From a virus (taxonomy: Duplodnaviria > Heunggongvirae > Uroviricota > Caudoviricetes), in the IMG/VR virus record IMGVR_UViG_3300045988_157791: a DNA stretch of 64,000 nt. The stretch is one strand, 5' to 3'. The notes under the pieces were generated by a model. That model was not told the DNA's origin. It did no database searches and saw nothing but the letters and a program-made list of their open reading frames with translations. Positions 28,709 through 40,290 of this stretch are shown here, one piece after another. Numbering within the stretch: position 1 is the stretch's first letter; each line of letters begins with the position of its first letter. The position numbers and the translations under genes were made by a program.

Positions 28709-29851
28709 TTACAGGTCAGCAAACTGGCTTAGAGAAGCCTTATCCACGGTAGAATCGATCTGACCTACCAGATATGTGCTTTGCTCTGCCTCTTGTGGTG
28801 CAATTTGCAGTGTGTCGGTTAACAACCACTTGTTCATCCAGACCAGCGGATCGGTGGTAACCTCTGGAAATAAAGCCTTCAGGCCAAGACGATTCATAGC
28901 CAGATTGGTGCGGTATTTTACATAGGTTTTGAGAATATCCGCGTTTAAACCAATCATCGAACCGTCTTTGAAGAGATAGTCTGCCCAGTTCATTTCTTGT
29001 TCGGCGACTGATTTCATGGTGTCGTAAATGACGTTTTCTTCATCAGCAGCAATCTCTTTCCACAATAAACCTTCGCGACCGGTACGCATGAAGCGGATCA
29101 TGCGTTCAGTTCCTTCGCAATGCAGAGCTTCATCACGGGCAATAAAGCGCATAATTTTGGTGTTACCCTCAAGCAACTTCCGTTCGCCAAAGGCAAACGT
29201 ACATGCAAAACTTACATAGAAACGGATCGCCTCAAGCGCATTAATGGACACCAACGTGCGGAAAAGCTGACGGTGCAAAGGGTATGGCTCCCAGCCATAT
29301 TCATTTACGTACAGACGTTCAAACTCCTTCTCACCTAACGACTGGCGCTCGCAGGTCATCCCATAAAGCCTGTCATATTCAGCAGAGATACTGATCGCTC
29401 GGTTGATGATTTCTTCATCCGTAACAATACCGTCAAAAACAATGCTCGGATCGTCCACCATGCCACGAATAATGTGGGTGTAGCTGCGGCTATGGATAGT
29501 CTCAGAGAAAGACCATGTTTCAACCCACGTTTCCAGTTCAGGAATAGAGATAAGCGGCAGCAGCGTTGCATTTGGGCTACGTCCCTGAACTGAATCGAGT
29601 AACGTTTGATAACGGAGATTGCTCAGAAAAATGTGACGTTCGTGGTCCCGCAGCTTCGTGTTGAAGTCGATACGATCGCTCGAAATATCAACTTCTTCCG
29701 GCCGCCAGAAGAAAGACAATTGACGTTCAATCAACTTTTCAAAATCACGGTATTTTTGCTGATCGTAACGTGCCACGTTGACAGATTGTCCGAGGAACAT
29801 AGGCTCTTTGGTTGCATCATTAGCACCCAAACGGAACGTTGAATATGACAT
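28709..29851 (-). CDS. nrdB: ribonucleotide reductase class Ia beta subunit
   Basis: Near-collinear with E. coli NrdB as I recall it ([66 protein letters not shown]). Confidence 0.9.
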   Translation of the reverse strand: MSYSTFRLGANDATKEPMFLGQSVNVARYDQQKYRDFEKLIERQLSFFWRPEEVDISSDRIDFNTKLRDHERHIFLSNLRYQTLLDSVQGRSPNATLLPLISIPELETWVETWSFSETIHSRSYTHIIRGMVDDPSIVFDGIVTDEEIINRAISISAEYDRLYGMTCERQSLGEKEFERLYVNEYGWEPYPLHRQLFRTLVSINALEAIRFYVSFACTFAFGERKLLEGNTKIMRFIARDEALHCEGTERMIRFMRTGREGLLWKEIAADEENVIYDTMKSVAEQEMNWADYLFKDGSMIGLNADILKTYVKYRTNLAMNRLGLKALFPEVTTDPLVWMNKWLLTDTLQIAPQEAEQSTYLVGQIDSTVDKASLSQFADL

Positions 29852-29878
29852 GTGTTTTTCCTTTTTCTTTTTTGGTGC

Positions 29879-29925
29879 GTTTAAACAAGTTGTTATCTTA
29901 TGTGTTTAAACAAGGCTTACAAATC
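29879..29925 (-). promoter_or_regulatory. conserved promoter/leader motif (copy h)
   Basis: TTTAAACAAGTTGTTATCTTATGTG. Confidence 0.5.
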
Positions 29926-29957
29926 AAAGAGAAGGTGGGGATATCCCCCACCATATG

Positions 29958-32273
29958 TCAGATTTTGCAGGCTCCGTCGCACTCATCTTCTGGCTCGACG
30001 GCTACAGCTTGCGTCAGTGGATTCTGCGGTTCGTCGTCATCACGCTTTCCTGCCCCATCTCTGGTGTTGTGGTAGTAAAGCGTTTTAACTCCCATCTTGT
30101 AGGCGAGAAGCAAATCTGACAGTAGCGTCATCATTGGGACTTTATCGCCTTCAAAGCGAGAAGGGTCATAGTTGGTATTGGCTGAAATAGCCTGGTCAAA
30201 GAACTTCTGGATGATCGCCACCTTTGTCAGATAGCCGCGGTTGTCCGGCATATCCCACAGGTATTCATACTGTTCCTTCAGTTTTTCAAACTCAGGCACG
30301 ACCATCTTAACGATGCCGTCCTTAGAAGATTTCACCGACACCGGTCCACGAGGCGGTTCGATGCCGTTGGTGGAATTAGTGATCTGGCTGGAAGTCTCGC
30401 ATGGCATTTGTGCCGTCAGTGTGGAGTTGCGAAGTCCGTATTTTGCAATACGTTCACGCAGTTCTTCCCACGGCATCTTTAACTCAAAGTTGGTTTCGCC
30501 ACTTTCGTCTAATGAAGAACGGTAATGGTCGATCGGCAACTGACCAATTGCGTACTTGGTCTGCTCAAACCAGTCACACTCACCTTTTGCTTCAGCAAGT
30601 CGGCAGCTGGCATCAAGAAGGTAATACTGGATAGCTTCGAACGTTTCATGCACCAGTTTATTGCCAGCGGTATCAGAATAACGAACGCCATTCTTTGCCA
30701 GGTAATAAGCAAAGTTGGTTACACCAATTCCCAAGCTACGACGAGCTTTGGCAGGCACTTCGGCTGCCTCCATCGGATAGTCTTGATAATCCAGTAACGA
30801 ATCCAGTGCAGCAACGGCATAGAACGCCACCTCTTTAAGAGACTCCAGTGAACGGATGGCTCCGAGGTTAAAAGCGGATAAAGTGCATAGCGCGATCTCA
30901 CCGTTCGGGTCGTCGGTAAATGCCAGTGGACGAGTGGGTAGAGTGATCTCCATGCACAGGTTTGACTGGCGAACAGGTGCAAGAGCAGGAATGAAAGCGC
31001 CATGCTCGTTAATATGATCGACGTTCGCAATATAAATTCGGCCCGTGGACGCTCGTTCCTGCATCAGAGATGAGAACAGCTCAATGGCAGGTACTGACTT
31101 CTTGCGAATTGAATCATCGGCTTCGTATTTATGGTACAGCTTTTCAAACAGCTCCTGGTCTGTGAAGAAGGCTTCGTACATATCAGGCACATCATGCGGG
31201 CTGAACAGAGTGATGTTCTCGCTTCTGACGAGTCGACGGTACATTAGACGGTTACTCATGACGCCGTAATCAAGATGGCGAACGCGGTTTTCATCAATAC
31301 CACGGTTATTTTTCACCACCAGCAGACTTTCAACTTCAAGATGCCAGATCGGGTAAAACGCTGTTGCTGCGCCACCACGAACACCACCTTGCGAACAAGA
31401 TTTAACAGCCGTCTGGAAATGCTTCAGGAATGGAATAACTCCAGTATGGGTGGCTTCACCATTGCGGATCTCGCTGCCCAGCGCACGGATACGGCCAAAA
31501 CCAATACCAATTCCAGCACGACGTGAAACGTAGTCGATAATTGCGGCTGAAGCTGCACTAATCCCTTTCAGACTATCGCCAGACTCAATCAGCACACAAC
31601 TGGAGAACTGACGGGTTGGAGTACGGACGCCGGCCATGATTGGTGTGGGCAGAGACAGTTTGAACGTACTTGTAACGTCATAGAAACCTTTGACCATCTC
31701 CATACGTGTTTTGCCAGCGCAGTCGTCTTCCCAATTCTGGAACAGACACATGCCTACCAGCATATAGATATGTTGCGGCCCCTCATGAATCTCACCAGTA
31801 ACACGGTTTTGAACGAGGTATTTGCTTTGCAACTGCACCGTAGCTGCATAGCCAAAAAGATCGTCACGTTTCGGCTTAATGTAATTGCCGAGTTCTTCGA
31901 TCTCTTCAAACGAATAATGTGTCAGCAAATCCTTGTCATAAACGCCCTTGTTAACGTTCTTGACAATGTGTTGGTAGAAGTTCGGATAGTCGTAACGACC
32001 GAAGGCATCTTTGCGGATTTTAAAAATGTTCAGGCGGGCAGCCACCTGTGAGTAATTTGGTGCTTCTGGTGAGATCAAATCAGCGGCAGATTTAACCAAA
32101 GCCTCATGCAACTGGCTGGTGGTAATCCCATCAAAAATGCTGGCCGCAGCTCCCATTGCTACAGCGGATGCGCTTACACCACGAATGCCTTCTACGCCAT
32201 ACATTACGACGCGGTTGTATTTTTCTTCGGATAACGGCTCTGTTTGGCCGTTACGTTTTACGATGCTTATCAT
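29958..32273 (-). CDS. nrdA: ribonucleotide reductase class Ia alpha subunit
   Basis: Collinear with E. coli NrdA as I recall it (QNRVTGEI, PTPIM.GVRTPTRQFSSCVLIE, NLC.EI.LPT, C-terminal CxxC tail). Confidence 0.92.
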   Translation of the reverse strand: MISIVKRNGQTEPLSEEKYNRVVMYGVEGIRGVSASAVAMGAAASIFDGITTSQLHEALVKSAADLISPEAPNYSQVAARLNIFKIRKDAFGRYDYPNFYQHIVKNVNKGVYDKDLLTHYSFEEIEELGNYIKPKRDDLFGYAATVQLQSKYLVQNRVTGEIHEGPQHIYMLVGMCLFQNWEDDCAGKTRMEMVKGFYDVTSTFKLSLPTPIMAGVRTPTRQFSSCVLIESGDSLKGISAASAAIIDYVSRRAGIGIGFGRIRALGSEIRNGEATHTGVIPFLKHFQTAVKSCSQGGVRGGAATAFYPIWHLEVESLLVVKNNRGIDENRVRHLDYGVMSNRLMYRRLVRSENITLFSPHDVPDMYEAFFTDQELFEKLYHKYEADDSIRKKSVPAIELFSSLMQERASTGRIYIANVDHINEHGAFIPALAPVRQSNLCMEITLPTRPLAFTDDPNGEIALCTLSAFNLGAIRSLESLKEVAFYAVAALDSLLDYQDYPMEAAEVPAKARRSLGIGVTNFAYYLAKNGVRYSDTAGNKLVHETFEAIQYYLLDASCRLAEAKGECDWFEQTKYAIGQLPIDHYRSSLDESGETNFELKMPWEELRERIAKYGLRNSTLTAQMPCETSSQITNSTNGIEPPRGPVSVKSSKDGIVKMVVPEFEKLKEQYEYLWDMPDNRGYLTKVAIIQKFFDQAISANTNYDPSRFEGDKVPMMTLLSDLLLAYKMGVKTLYYHNTRDGAGKRDDDEPQNPLTQAVAVEPEDECDGACKI

Positions 32274-32346
32274 GTATCACCAAATAAAGAGGGCCACTAA
32301 ATATAGTGGCCCATGTTAATAGATAAGCACTTACCTATCAATGAAA

Positions 32347-32916
32347 TCAAATGAGAGACTTAAGAACATCGCGCACCTGGCGGAACTGATCTGTTTGCAT
32401 ACCGGTATGGATGGCAGCCACCGCATCAGCCAAATGTTCGTTTTTGTTCACGAGAACATCCTGTCCAGATTGCTTACGACGCAGCCACGGTGCTTTAGGG
32501 TGTTTTTTCGTAGCCCACTGGATAATCTCTTCTTTCGATGTAGTAAGTTTATTGCCGACAAAATGCTTGATTTCGTTTGGAGTAACCTGGATCAATGGCT
32601 TATCCACACACGCAAGTACACCGATACAAATACCGTAAGACGTCTGCGAACGAGAGTTTTGGCTCCCAACCGGTAGCTCACAAAAAACCATATTTGCCTT
32701 ATCAATGATTGGCTTCGCAACACGCCATATTTCACTGGCGCGGCGCAGATCGTCACTGTTCACACGAACGGTCTTTTTGTTACTCCCCGCTTTAGTCTCA
32801 ACAAGAGTAAGGCCGTGAATCTCAAGTTCGTCCGTCTCAAGGTCTAAAGTGCCCACAGCAAGCCCAAAGTTGCTCATTGAGGGATCAACACCAACTACGC
32901 TGATTTTTTTACTCAT
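32347..32916 (-). CDS. putative RuvC-like Holliday junction resolvase
   Basis: N-terminal VVGVDPSMSNFG resembles the RuvC-fold first catalytic Asp region. Confidence 0.4.
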   Translation of the reverse strand: MSKKISVVGVDPSMSNFGLAVGTLDLETDELEIHGLTLVETKAGSNKKTVRVNSDDLRRASEIWRVAKPIIDKANMVFCELPVGSQNSRSQTSYGICIGVLACVDKPLIQVTPNEIKHFVGNKLTTSKEEIIQWATKKHPKAPWLRRKQSGQDVLVNKNEHLADAVAAIHTGMQTDQFRQVRDVLKSLI

Positions 32917-32925
32917 ATAGTCTCC

Positions 32926-33669
32926 TTACCATGTTCCCCATATAGGGTTTTCCAATAATCTCGCCTCCAACGAATTGGCTACTATTGCCGTTTGCAACGT
33001 TGGTTGGGGATAGTTTGCAAAGTCTGAATACTCATTTTCCTGCGTGACACGTTTATCTGCGGCATGTTTAACACCACTTGCTATGAAATGACGCATGATG
33101 CCCAATAGCCTCCGACTGTCTGCACTATCGTTTGCTAAAACATGAGGGAGCTGAAGTTCGATTTCTACCATTTCTCCATACTTACCAACAAACTGTAGTT
33201 TGTCCGCACTGTACTTTTTATCCCTCCTTTGGATAAGGAAACCAGTAAAAGCATCACCTGGCGATGCCAAACTATCCACCCGCTTATTGGCAAGTCGAAT
33301 AAGGTTCGTGAAAGCCATACAGTGATGCGCACCCATTCCCCCAAAGAACCCTTCGCTATTAATGTTAAGATCTTCAGTTTCATGGGATGCAATAAACCCA
33401 GGCCCGACGTTGGGAAGATATCCCCCCTCAACAAAAGGATTAATCAGGATCGGCGCAATACATCCAGGTGGTAGTGATTTCAAACTTTGCATCAATGGCG
33501 TCTCGGATATTAGACCAAGCAACGCGGCGAATTGTACTCCGTCAATATTGTTGCTGCCCCACAGAATACGTGGAGCCGCACCATTGGAAGTATGCCCATT
33601 GATCAGTTTTATCGACTGCATCACTGCAAATACCTGCAAAAACTGCGAGCGGCTTAATTTAAACGACAT
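32926..33669 (-). CDS. hypothetical protein (247 aa)
   Basis: ORF. Confidence 0.45.
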   Translation of the reverse strand: MSFKLSRSQFLQVFAVMQSIKLINGHTSNGAAPRILWGSNNIDGVQFAALLGLISETPLMQSLKSLPPGCIAPILINPFVEGGYLPNVGPGFIASHETEDLNINSEGFFGGMGAHHCMAFTNLIRLANKRVDSLASPGDAFTGFLIQRRDKKYSADKLQFVGKYGEMVEIELQLPHVLANDSADSRRLLGIMRHFIASGVKHAADKRVTQENEYSDFANYPQPTLQTAIVANSLEARLLENPIWGTW

Positions 33670-35575
33670 AGCTGCGCCCCTCTTTAACTTCCAGCGTAAT
33701 AGTTTCCCGGAACCATGACTTCATCTCTTTATGGGAGATAATCAGCACAGTACCTCGCTCGCGAGCTTTGGACTCCAGAATACCCATGAGGCGTTCAAGA
33801 CCGGCTGTATCGAGTGCATCGTCAATTTCGTCGCCGATAAACAAATCGATGTTTTTACTCGCCCGGTTACTAACCAGATCCTGCAATGCCAAAGAACACG
33901 CAATGCGAACCTTCCGCTTCTCACCACCAGAGAGGGTCTGGAACGACTTACTTGAACCTTTCTTCTGCACACTAATGTTGAATTTGTCGCGATACTCACC
34001 TTTTTTAGTGACATCCATCGTCGACCACTCAGCAGTAATATTCCCGTCAGACAACGTATTGAGATACTCGGCAGTGCGTGTATTCAGGAAAGGCGTAACA
34101 GACGTCAAAATATGAGAACGCACCCCGGCAGGAGAGTAGACCTGACGAGCTTTTTCCAATAGCAACGTTTGTTCCTGAATAGCCTTCAACTCATCTTTTA
34201 AGGACTTGAAGGTAGACTTACTGGATACCAGGTTATCTTCGTGTCTGGCGATAAGAGCAATAAACGGATTAATCTCTTTTGATATACGATCGACCTCAGT
34301 ACGAGCACGAGTCACAAGAGACTCAATAGCAACAACCTCCTTCTCACGATGACGCAAAGATGAGAGTTGTTTCGTAAGCTCTTCAATCCGGGCAATGATA
34401 GCCGTTACATCAGGTGTCGTTTTAACAAGGGCAGACTCAATGCTTAACGCTTTCTCAAGATTCGTTTTGTGTTTAGCCATTGCCTCTGCAAGTGTCTTCG
34501 CCTGACCAATTTCATGACGTGCTTGTTCAATGAAACTCTCCTTCACCGTTGATAGATCTTCTTCGCAGTAGGCTTTGCCACAAGTAGGGCATGGTGATCC
34601 CACTTTAGTACCAACCTCTTCTGCTTTGGTCTTAAAATTACGCGCGCGGTTCATTGCATCAGCCTGACTATTTTCTGTAGCTTTGATGCTTGCCCGAATA
34701 TCAGTTATCGCACCACGAACTTTGAGCAACTTGGCGTCATGTTCTTCTTTTGAGGCTAACTTTTTGCGCTCACTTTCGATTGCCTTCTCGGTATCACGTA
34801 TCTGTTCGGGAAGAGTGCGGATCTCAAGTTCAACTTCCGTTAACTCAACTTCGGCACTGGCCAGCCCAGCCAGGGCATCGTCATAACGTTTAGAACGCTC
34901 TTGCTCCCATGATTCAGAGGAGGCTTTCGCTGACTCAATTTCTGACTGTGTTGCCTCAATGGTCGAGATTGTCGACTCCAATTTGGTTTTAACCACATCC
35001 ATACGTGCGGCAGCTGCATTAGCTCGCTCACGAGCAATAGCGTAGGCGCGTGTCAGTCTGTCAACGCCAGCGGCTTCTTCTACGATGGTTTTGAGGTTTT
35101 TGTCGGACATTCCAGGTAAATCTGGCATAGCTTCTTGGCTCGCATAGATGGAAGCCATGAAAACCTCTTTAGATGCACCGATCAGACGCTCGACGAACTC
35201 CTGCGTCAGCGCATCTTTGCCTTTCGTCATATCGCCATCTTCACCACGAACGATAAGACGATTTTTGAACTCTTTGTGTTTACGGTGACGAATGATTGCG
35301 TATCTCTTGCCTTCATCCTCGATGGTTACTGCAACACGACAGTTCTTTTCATGGTCGGTAGACAACACATCGTCACCCTTCACACCATGAGCTGTTTCGC
35401 CATAAAGACACCACATCAGGCTATTCATTAGAGTTGACTTTCCAGAGCCATTACTTGATGCGGAACTATCATCACTATTAACACCCTGAATAAGCACTAA
35501 ACCACGCTGATCTAACTCGACCTCCGCGCTGGCGATAGCCATAAAATTCTCAACCTGGAGCTTTAAAAACTTCAT
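33659..35575 (-). CDS. SbcC/Rad50-like ATPase (gp46-like)
   Basis: N-terminal Walker A GVNSDDSSASSNGSGKST, long coiled-coil centre, C-terminal signature/Walker B (LSGGE...LFIGDE). Confidence 0.7.
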   Translation of the reverse strand: MKFLKLQVENFMAIASAEVELDQRGLVLIQGVNSDDSSASSNGSGKSTLMNSLMWCLYGETAHGVKGDDVLSTDHEKNCRVAVTIEDEGKRYAIIRHRKHKEFKNRLIVRGEDGDMTKGKDALTQEFVERLIGASKEVFMASIYASQEAMPDLPGMSDKNLKTIVEEAAGVDRLTRAYAIARERANAAAARMDVVKTKLESTISTIEATQSEIESAKASSESWEQERSKRYDDALAGLASAEVELTEVELEIRTLPEQIRDTEKAIESERKKLASKEEHDAKLLKVRGAITDIRASIKATENSQADAMNRARNFKTKAEEVGTKVGSPCPTCGKAYCEEDLSTVKESFIEQARHEIGQAKTLAEAMAKHKTNLEKALSIESALVKTTPDVTAIIARIEELTKQLSSLRHREKEVVAIESLVTRARTEVDRISKEINPFIALIARHEDNLVSSKSTFKSLKDELKAIQEQTLLLEKARQVYSPAGVRSHILTSVTPFLNTRTAEYLNTLSDGNITAEWSTMDVTKKGEYRDKFNISVQKKGSSKSFQTLSGGEKRKVRIACSLALQDLVSNRASKNIDLFIGDEIDDALDTAGLERLMGILESKARERGTVLIISHKEMKSWFRETITLEVKEGRSYVV

Positions 35576-35804
35576 ATAACACCTCTGATACCGTGTGTTA
35601 GCTTTTGGCCTTCTTTCAATCTGAACTCCGTATGCGCCGGGAAGGATCTGCGCCTCAATACGCCTTTTCTTGTTAACCTTCCAAGATAAAACGCTACGGG
35701 ATTTCCTTGTGGCGGGTAGGGCTTGTGAAACATCACCGTCTGGCCTCGTTCAAGTCTTTTCATCGTGATGGCAAAGTCTCGAAAGCTCCCATAACGACTT
35801 TGCT

Positions 35805-36890
35805 TCACACAGCCTCCGAACTCTCCGCTTCGGTGAGGATTTCCTGACACAAAATATCCAATTTGCTCAGATCAAATCCGCCGTCAGTATCGTGGACAAT
35901 CTTGCAATAAGCAGATACCGACTCTCCCAGGCTATCGATTTTGCTGGTTTCAGTTGTGCTGGCTGTACCTTCCATCATTGATGACTTACGGATGAAGTTG
36001 CACACGACACCTTTTGCACCCATTGTTTTGAGGATGTTCTGGTACTTAATGCCTTCTTCATCGTTCTCAATTACGGCGCGGAAACGCACGTAGTTGCCGC
36101 GAATTTGGTCATCAGCAACATCATCTTCCAGGTTAATGAATTTAGGCGCACTGGTTTCGTAGTGACTGAAACTGCCGTCCGGGTTTACGATCATGTAGCC
36201 AGCCAGAGATCCAACATCTCCCCAATTTTGATGAGTCAGTGCACCGACACTGATAACTCCAGGAATGACCTCTTTGTGGTTGTGGTAATGCCCACTAAGC
36301 ACGAGACGAAAGCCGATATCCTTTAACTCCTGCGCATCGATACCGACGTCAGGCATTGTTGGAATGGCTTTGTTAATGGATGTATGGATAACAACGTCAT
36401 GATTATCACCTTCTACGCTCTTACGTAATGCTTTCAGATCGCTGATAAGCTCCGCATGATTGTTACGCCAGCTAATCAGGTGGACAGTCACATCACCAAT
36501 TTTTATTGAGTGTGGGCGCTTGCCACATACGATTACCACGCCGATAGAACTCAGCGATGCTGCTGCGTTGGCGCTATATACTGAATCGTTGGTTTCAAGA
36601 TCGTGATTACCGGCCAGCATTACTACTGTCAGATCAAGCTCGTTGATAATCCACTTGTACGTTTCAGTTACGTAATGCAAAACAGAAGGGGACACAGTTC
36701 CTCGGACGTGAAATGTATCACCGGCAACCAACATGTACTTACAACCGGCCTTCTTCATGGCGATGGCTGCTTCTTTCGTTGCTTCCAACTGTATTTCAAG
36801 TCTGGAGTTAAGCCCCTCAGCGTTCGTCGTGGAGAACGCATCCCATTTGTGGTAGTGGCAGTCAGAAATGACGCCGTATGGCAAAGTCAT
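35805..36890 (-). CDS. SbcD/Mre11-like nuclease (calcineurin-like phosphoesterase)
   Basis: Metallophosphatase motifs DCHYH, GDTFH, GNHD, GHYH. Confidence 0.75.
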   Translation of the reverse strand: MTLPYGVISDCHYHKWDAFSTTNAEGLNSRLEIQLEATKEAAIAMKKAGCKYMLVAGDTFHVRGTVSPSVLHYVTETYKWIINELDLTVVMLAGNHDLETNDSVYSANAAASLSSIGVVIVCGKRPHSIKIGDVTVHLISWRNNHAELISDLKALRKSVEGDNHDVVIHTSINKAIPTMPDVGIDAQELKDIGFRLVLSGHYHNHKEVIPGVISVGALTHQNWGDVGSLAGYMIVNPDGSFSHYETSAPKFINLEDDVADDQIRGNYVRFRAVIENDEEGIKYQNILKTMGAKGVVCNFIRKSSMMEGTASTTETSKIDSLGESVSAYCKIVHDTDGGFDLSKLDILCQEILTEAESSEAV

Positions 36891-37144
36891 GTGTTTTTCC
36901 TTTGTGGTTATTTTGATACAAATTCTAAGAGCAATGAGGAGGTAAACAACTATGCATAACGGTATGTTAGGAATGAAACGAGCGCCTTAATATACAAAAT
37001 TTATAAGTAAGTATATACCTATTTATCGTGGCGCAACTTTGCTTGTCTGTATGACTAAAAATAAGACAGGATCACTGTAGAACGCTATGAGAGCTATTTT
37101 GAGGGGGCGTAGATTCTATCTACGCCAATATACGATCTGGAGGG

Positions 37145-37789
37145 TTACAGCGCGTCAGTGGGCTTTTTACGCGCTGCATTTATGCTTATGACGCCAGCTT
37201 TAGGACGTGGATCGACAAGGTTCAGTTCTTCTTCGCTATGGTATTCAAGGTCGAACTCACGTTTTACATGTCTGATGTAGATTGCAGTGAGCAGGCTATC
37301 TTTGGTCAGGAAGTGTCCGTAGGATTTGCGGATCACTTCTTCAACCTTCTCGATTTTCTCACCACCCATGCAGAGGTGATTAAACCGGCTGTGTTTCCGC
37401 AACATCTCGTCAACTGGGCCTGAGTAAACCTTGTCTACTTTCCCAAAACGAATGATTTTTCCTGTATCTGCGGATACAAGGCAAATCAGTTTGTCTGGTG
37501 ATAAACGATCTCGCCACGTTACTCCTGAACGGAGTGTGTTGAAGTAGGGCGCATCCAATCCGATGATCGGTTTACGAAATGCGAGCAATGGAACGTACCT
37601 GATACAACTATTCAAATGAAAGTTCACACCAGCCTTATCAAGTTTAATTCTGGTTTCGTAGATCGGGCACTTCGCCGCTATACCGCAGATATCACAAAGT
37701 AACTTCTGCTTATTCAGGTTGGAATTTGATTCGATAGTGTAGGAGCCGTCCTCAAGACGACGAACCCAGCGCGTGCGTTTTAGATCCAT
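37145..37789 (-). CDS. hypothetical protein (214 aa)
   Basis: ORF. Confidence 0.45.
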   Translation of the reverse strand: MDLKRTRWVRRLEDGSYTIESNSNLNKQKLLCDICGIAAKCPIYETRIKLDKAGVNFHLNSCIRYVPLLAFRKPIIGLDAPYFNTLRSGVTWRDRLSPDKLICLVSADTGKIIRFGKVDKVYSGPVDEMLRKHSRFNHLCMGGEKIEKVEEVIRKSYGHFLTKDSLLTAIYIRHVKREFDLEYHSEEELNLVDPRPKAGVISINAARKKPTDAL

Positions 37790-37864
37790 AATCGTTTTTT
37801 CAGTAGTTATTGGCCGATGCTACGATAACTCATTAGGCATACCTTAATCTGCATTTGCCTGTTT

Positions 37865-38505
37865 TACTTATCCCAGTTATCCACTGGATAGATCCAAATA
37901 AGAGATCCCAAGTAAGATCAAATAGAAGATCCAAAGAGATCCCCGATCGCCTCTAGCCGTTGCGGTTACTGGTCTGAAAGGGTGTTGCCATCCACTATGG
38001 AGAGCAAAGAAACCTCTGTAGAGAGCTGAATAACCGCTATGAAGAGTAAAACAACCACTCTGGAGAGCTGTATATATCCACTGTAGAGAGTAGAGCACAT
38101 TGTCTTTTATGGATAACTTAATGACTTAATTCTTCATTAACATACTGATATACATAGATATATTTTAAACTCTACTCTTAGTCATGATTCTTATGTCCTT
38201 AAATATCCACAGAAGAGTAGAGTTACCTGTTCTTGAAATCCTCTGATTTTTATCCACAGGCCCGATCCAGTAATTCAGATCACAAAGAGAACCAAAGAGA
38301 CCCATAAAGACCCAATAAGATCCCCGCCCACCTCAAACCGTTGTGCCATCTGCCTTCAGACATGATCGATATCCACTATAGAGAGCGAATAATCCACTAT
38401 AGGGAGCAAAGCAACCACTATAGAGAGGAGAAAAACCACTATAGACGGTAGGATAACCGCTGTGATGAGTGCTACTATCCACTGTAATCAGCAAAGGCCA
38501 CCAAA
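37865..38505. repeat. plasmid-type replication origin: DnaA boxes, GATC cluster, AT-rich tract and about 11 iterons upstream of repA
   Basis: TTATCCACA at 38250-38262 and a near-copy at 37876; GATC clusters at 37900-37950 and 38277-38330; iterons (A/T)(T/A)CCACT(A/G)TAGAGAG at 37990-38090 and 38374-38490. Confidence 0.8.
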
Positions 38506-38532
38506 GCCGTCGAATAACAAGAGACATTTGGA

Positions 38533-39588
38533 ATGAGCGAAAACGGCAATAAAAACATAGCGATCGTTGAAGCATTTTCAGAAACAGATAAAAAGACAGG
38601 CGAAGTTGTTACGTTGGTTCCTAACACTAATAACACTGTTCAGCCTGTTGCTTTGATGCGTCTGGGCCTCTTCGTTCCGACGCTGAAATCGACATCCAGA
38701 GGAAGAAAGGGGCAAATGGTCTCTATGGATGCCTCTGCTGAACTCAAACAGCTGTCTCTGGCAAAAGCCGAAGGGTACGAAGACATAAGGATCTCTGGCC
38801 TTCGGCTTGATATGGATAACGACTTTAAAACGTGGGTGGGAATAATCCACGCGTTTGCCAAACACAAGGTCGTTGGCGATACTGTCACGTTGCCGTTCGT
38901 TGAGTTTGTAAGGCTGTGTGGCATTCCGACCGCCAGGTCATCAGCGAAGTTACGCAAACGCCTGGACAGTTCGCTAAGCCGTATTGCCACAAATACCATC
39001 TCGTTCCGTAGCAAAGGCTCTGATGAGTTTTACGTAACGCATCTTGTGCAAACGGCAAAATATAGTGTCAAGCACGATACGGTCGAACTGAAAGCAGATC
39101 CCAAGATTTTCGAACTCTACCAGTTCGACAAAAAGGTTCTTCTGCAACTCCGGGCTATAAACGAACTCTCAAGAAAAGAATCCGCTCAGGCGCTTTATAC
39201 TTTTATTGAAAGTTTGCCGCCTGATCCGGCACCAATATCACTAGCCCGTTTACGCGCCAGACTTAATCTGACAAGTCGCACTATTACTCAGAATGCGACG
39301 GTAAGAAAGGCTATGGAACAGCTGCGAGAGATAGGATATCTCGATTACACGGAAGTTAAGCGCGGAAACTCGGTCTACTTCGTCATCCACTATAGGCGGC
39401 CAAAGTTACGCCAGGCACAAATATCAACAAAAATCGATAATGATGAGACGGAATATAGCCTCCCAGATGAGAATCAAGATGACATTATCGACGTTGTGCC
39501 TGACGAAAAAGAAGGCAAAATGGTCATGTTGAGTAAAGAAGAACTGGCGCTTCTCGAAGAGTTGCGCAAGGCAAAGACTCGCAAATAG
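38533..39588 (+). CDS. repA: RepFIB-type replication initiator RepA
   Basis: Matches RepFIB RepA as I recall it ([60 protein letters not shown]...[43 protein letters not shown]); iterons on both sides. Confidence 0.85.
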   Translation: MSENGNKNIAIVEAFSETDKKTGEVVTLVPNTNNTVQPVALMRLGLFVPTLKSTSRGRKGQMVSMDASAELKQLSLAKAEGYEDIRISGLRLDMDNDFKTWVGIIHAFAKHKVVGDTVTLPFVEFVRLCGIPTARSSAKLRKRLDSSLSRIATNTISFRSKGSDEFYVTHLVQTAKYSVKHDTVELKADPKIFELYQFDKKVLLQLRAINELSRKESAQALYTFIESLPPDPAPISLARLRARLNLTSRTITQNATVRKAMEQLREIGYLDYTEVKRGNSVYFVIHYRRPKLRQAQISTKIDNDETEYSLPDENQDDIIDVVPDEKEGKMVMLSKEELALLEELRKAKTRK

Positions 39589-39589
39589 C

Positions 39590-40075
39590 CCAACCACTGT
39601 AGTTAGTAGTAAGGCTCACTATCCACTGTAGTGAGCCTTACTTATATCTGTAATTCGCTATCCACTATAGTGAGTATCGTTATCTGTTGATAACCACTGT
39701 AGGCAGTAGAATGCAAATACTGAATTAAATGTTAGTGATCACTAACACTGATGAAACAAGGGCTGCGAGGTTAGTGGTCACTGGGTATCTTGGAAAATTT
39801 ACTGTCTATAGTGGTTGTTGTCGCCCTCATCTTTGAGCGTATCCACTGTGGCGAGTGGATATCCACTGAAAACAGCAAAGGCTTACTCACCATAGTGGAT
39901 ACCCGCTGGACATCTCACTCCAATACTCACCATAGTGGTTGTTTGATGCGAATGAAAGGCTGTCTACTCGCTACAGTGGTTAGCAGATATGTAGGAAGGT
40001 TTTGTTACTGACTACAGTGGATAATGAGCTGGATACGAATGCGGTGAGTAGTCTGCTCACCGCAGTGGTTGGTGC
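39590..40075. repeat. downstream iteron array in both orientations
   Basis: At least 12 copies of (T)ATCCACTGTAG / CTACAGTGGTT-like units. Confidence 0.8.
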
Positions 40076-40077
40076 TA

Positions 40078-40290
40078 TTAGTGTATTTTCTTCAACAGAC
40101 CCCAAAGTGTTCCGGCTTTTGTAGTCAGTTTTCCTGTTTCTGGATCGTACATACGCCATTCACGCCGCTGGTGGACGATATACCCATCTTCACGTTCCAG
40201 ACGCTCAAGAATGCCAGGCTGCTTGAAACCCTTAGCACGCCAGTAGCCGCTTGTTTTCTCGATTTCCAGACCTGCCAGTGTTAATGCCAT
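40078..40290 (-). CDS. hypothetical protein (70 aa)
   Basis: ORF. Confidence 0.4.
   Translation of the reverse strand: MALTLAGLEIEKTSGYWRAKGFKQPGILERLEREDGYIVHQRREWRMYDPETGKLTTKAGTLWGLLKKIH

Noticed and set aside
35572-35850. 92-aa minus-strand ORF between the SbcD-like and SbcC-like genes
   Set aside because: It overlaps the SbcD-like 3' end, has an Arg/Gly-rich translation and no SD; more likely an intergenic or regulatory sequence.
37865-40075. Possible CRISPR array suggested by the many short direct repeats
   Set aside because: Repeats are 16-18 bp, irregularly spaced, occur in both orientations and flank a Rep initiator gene: iterons, not repeat-spacer units; no cas genes.
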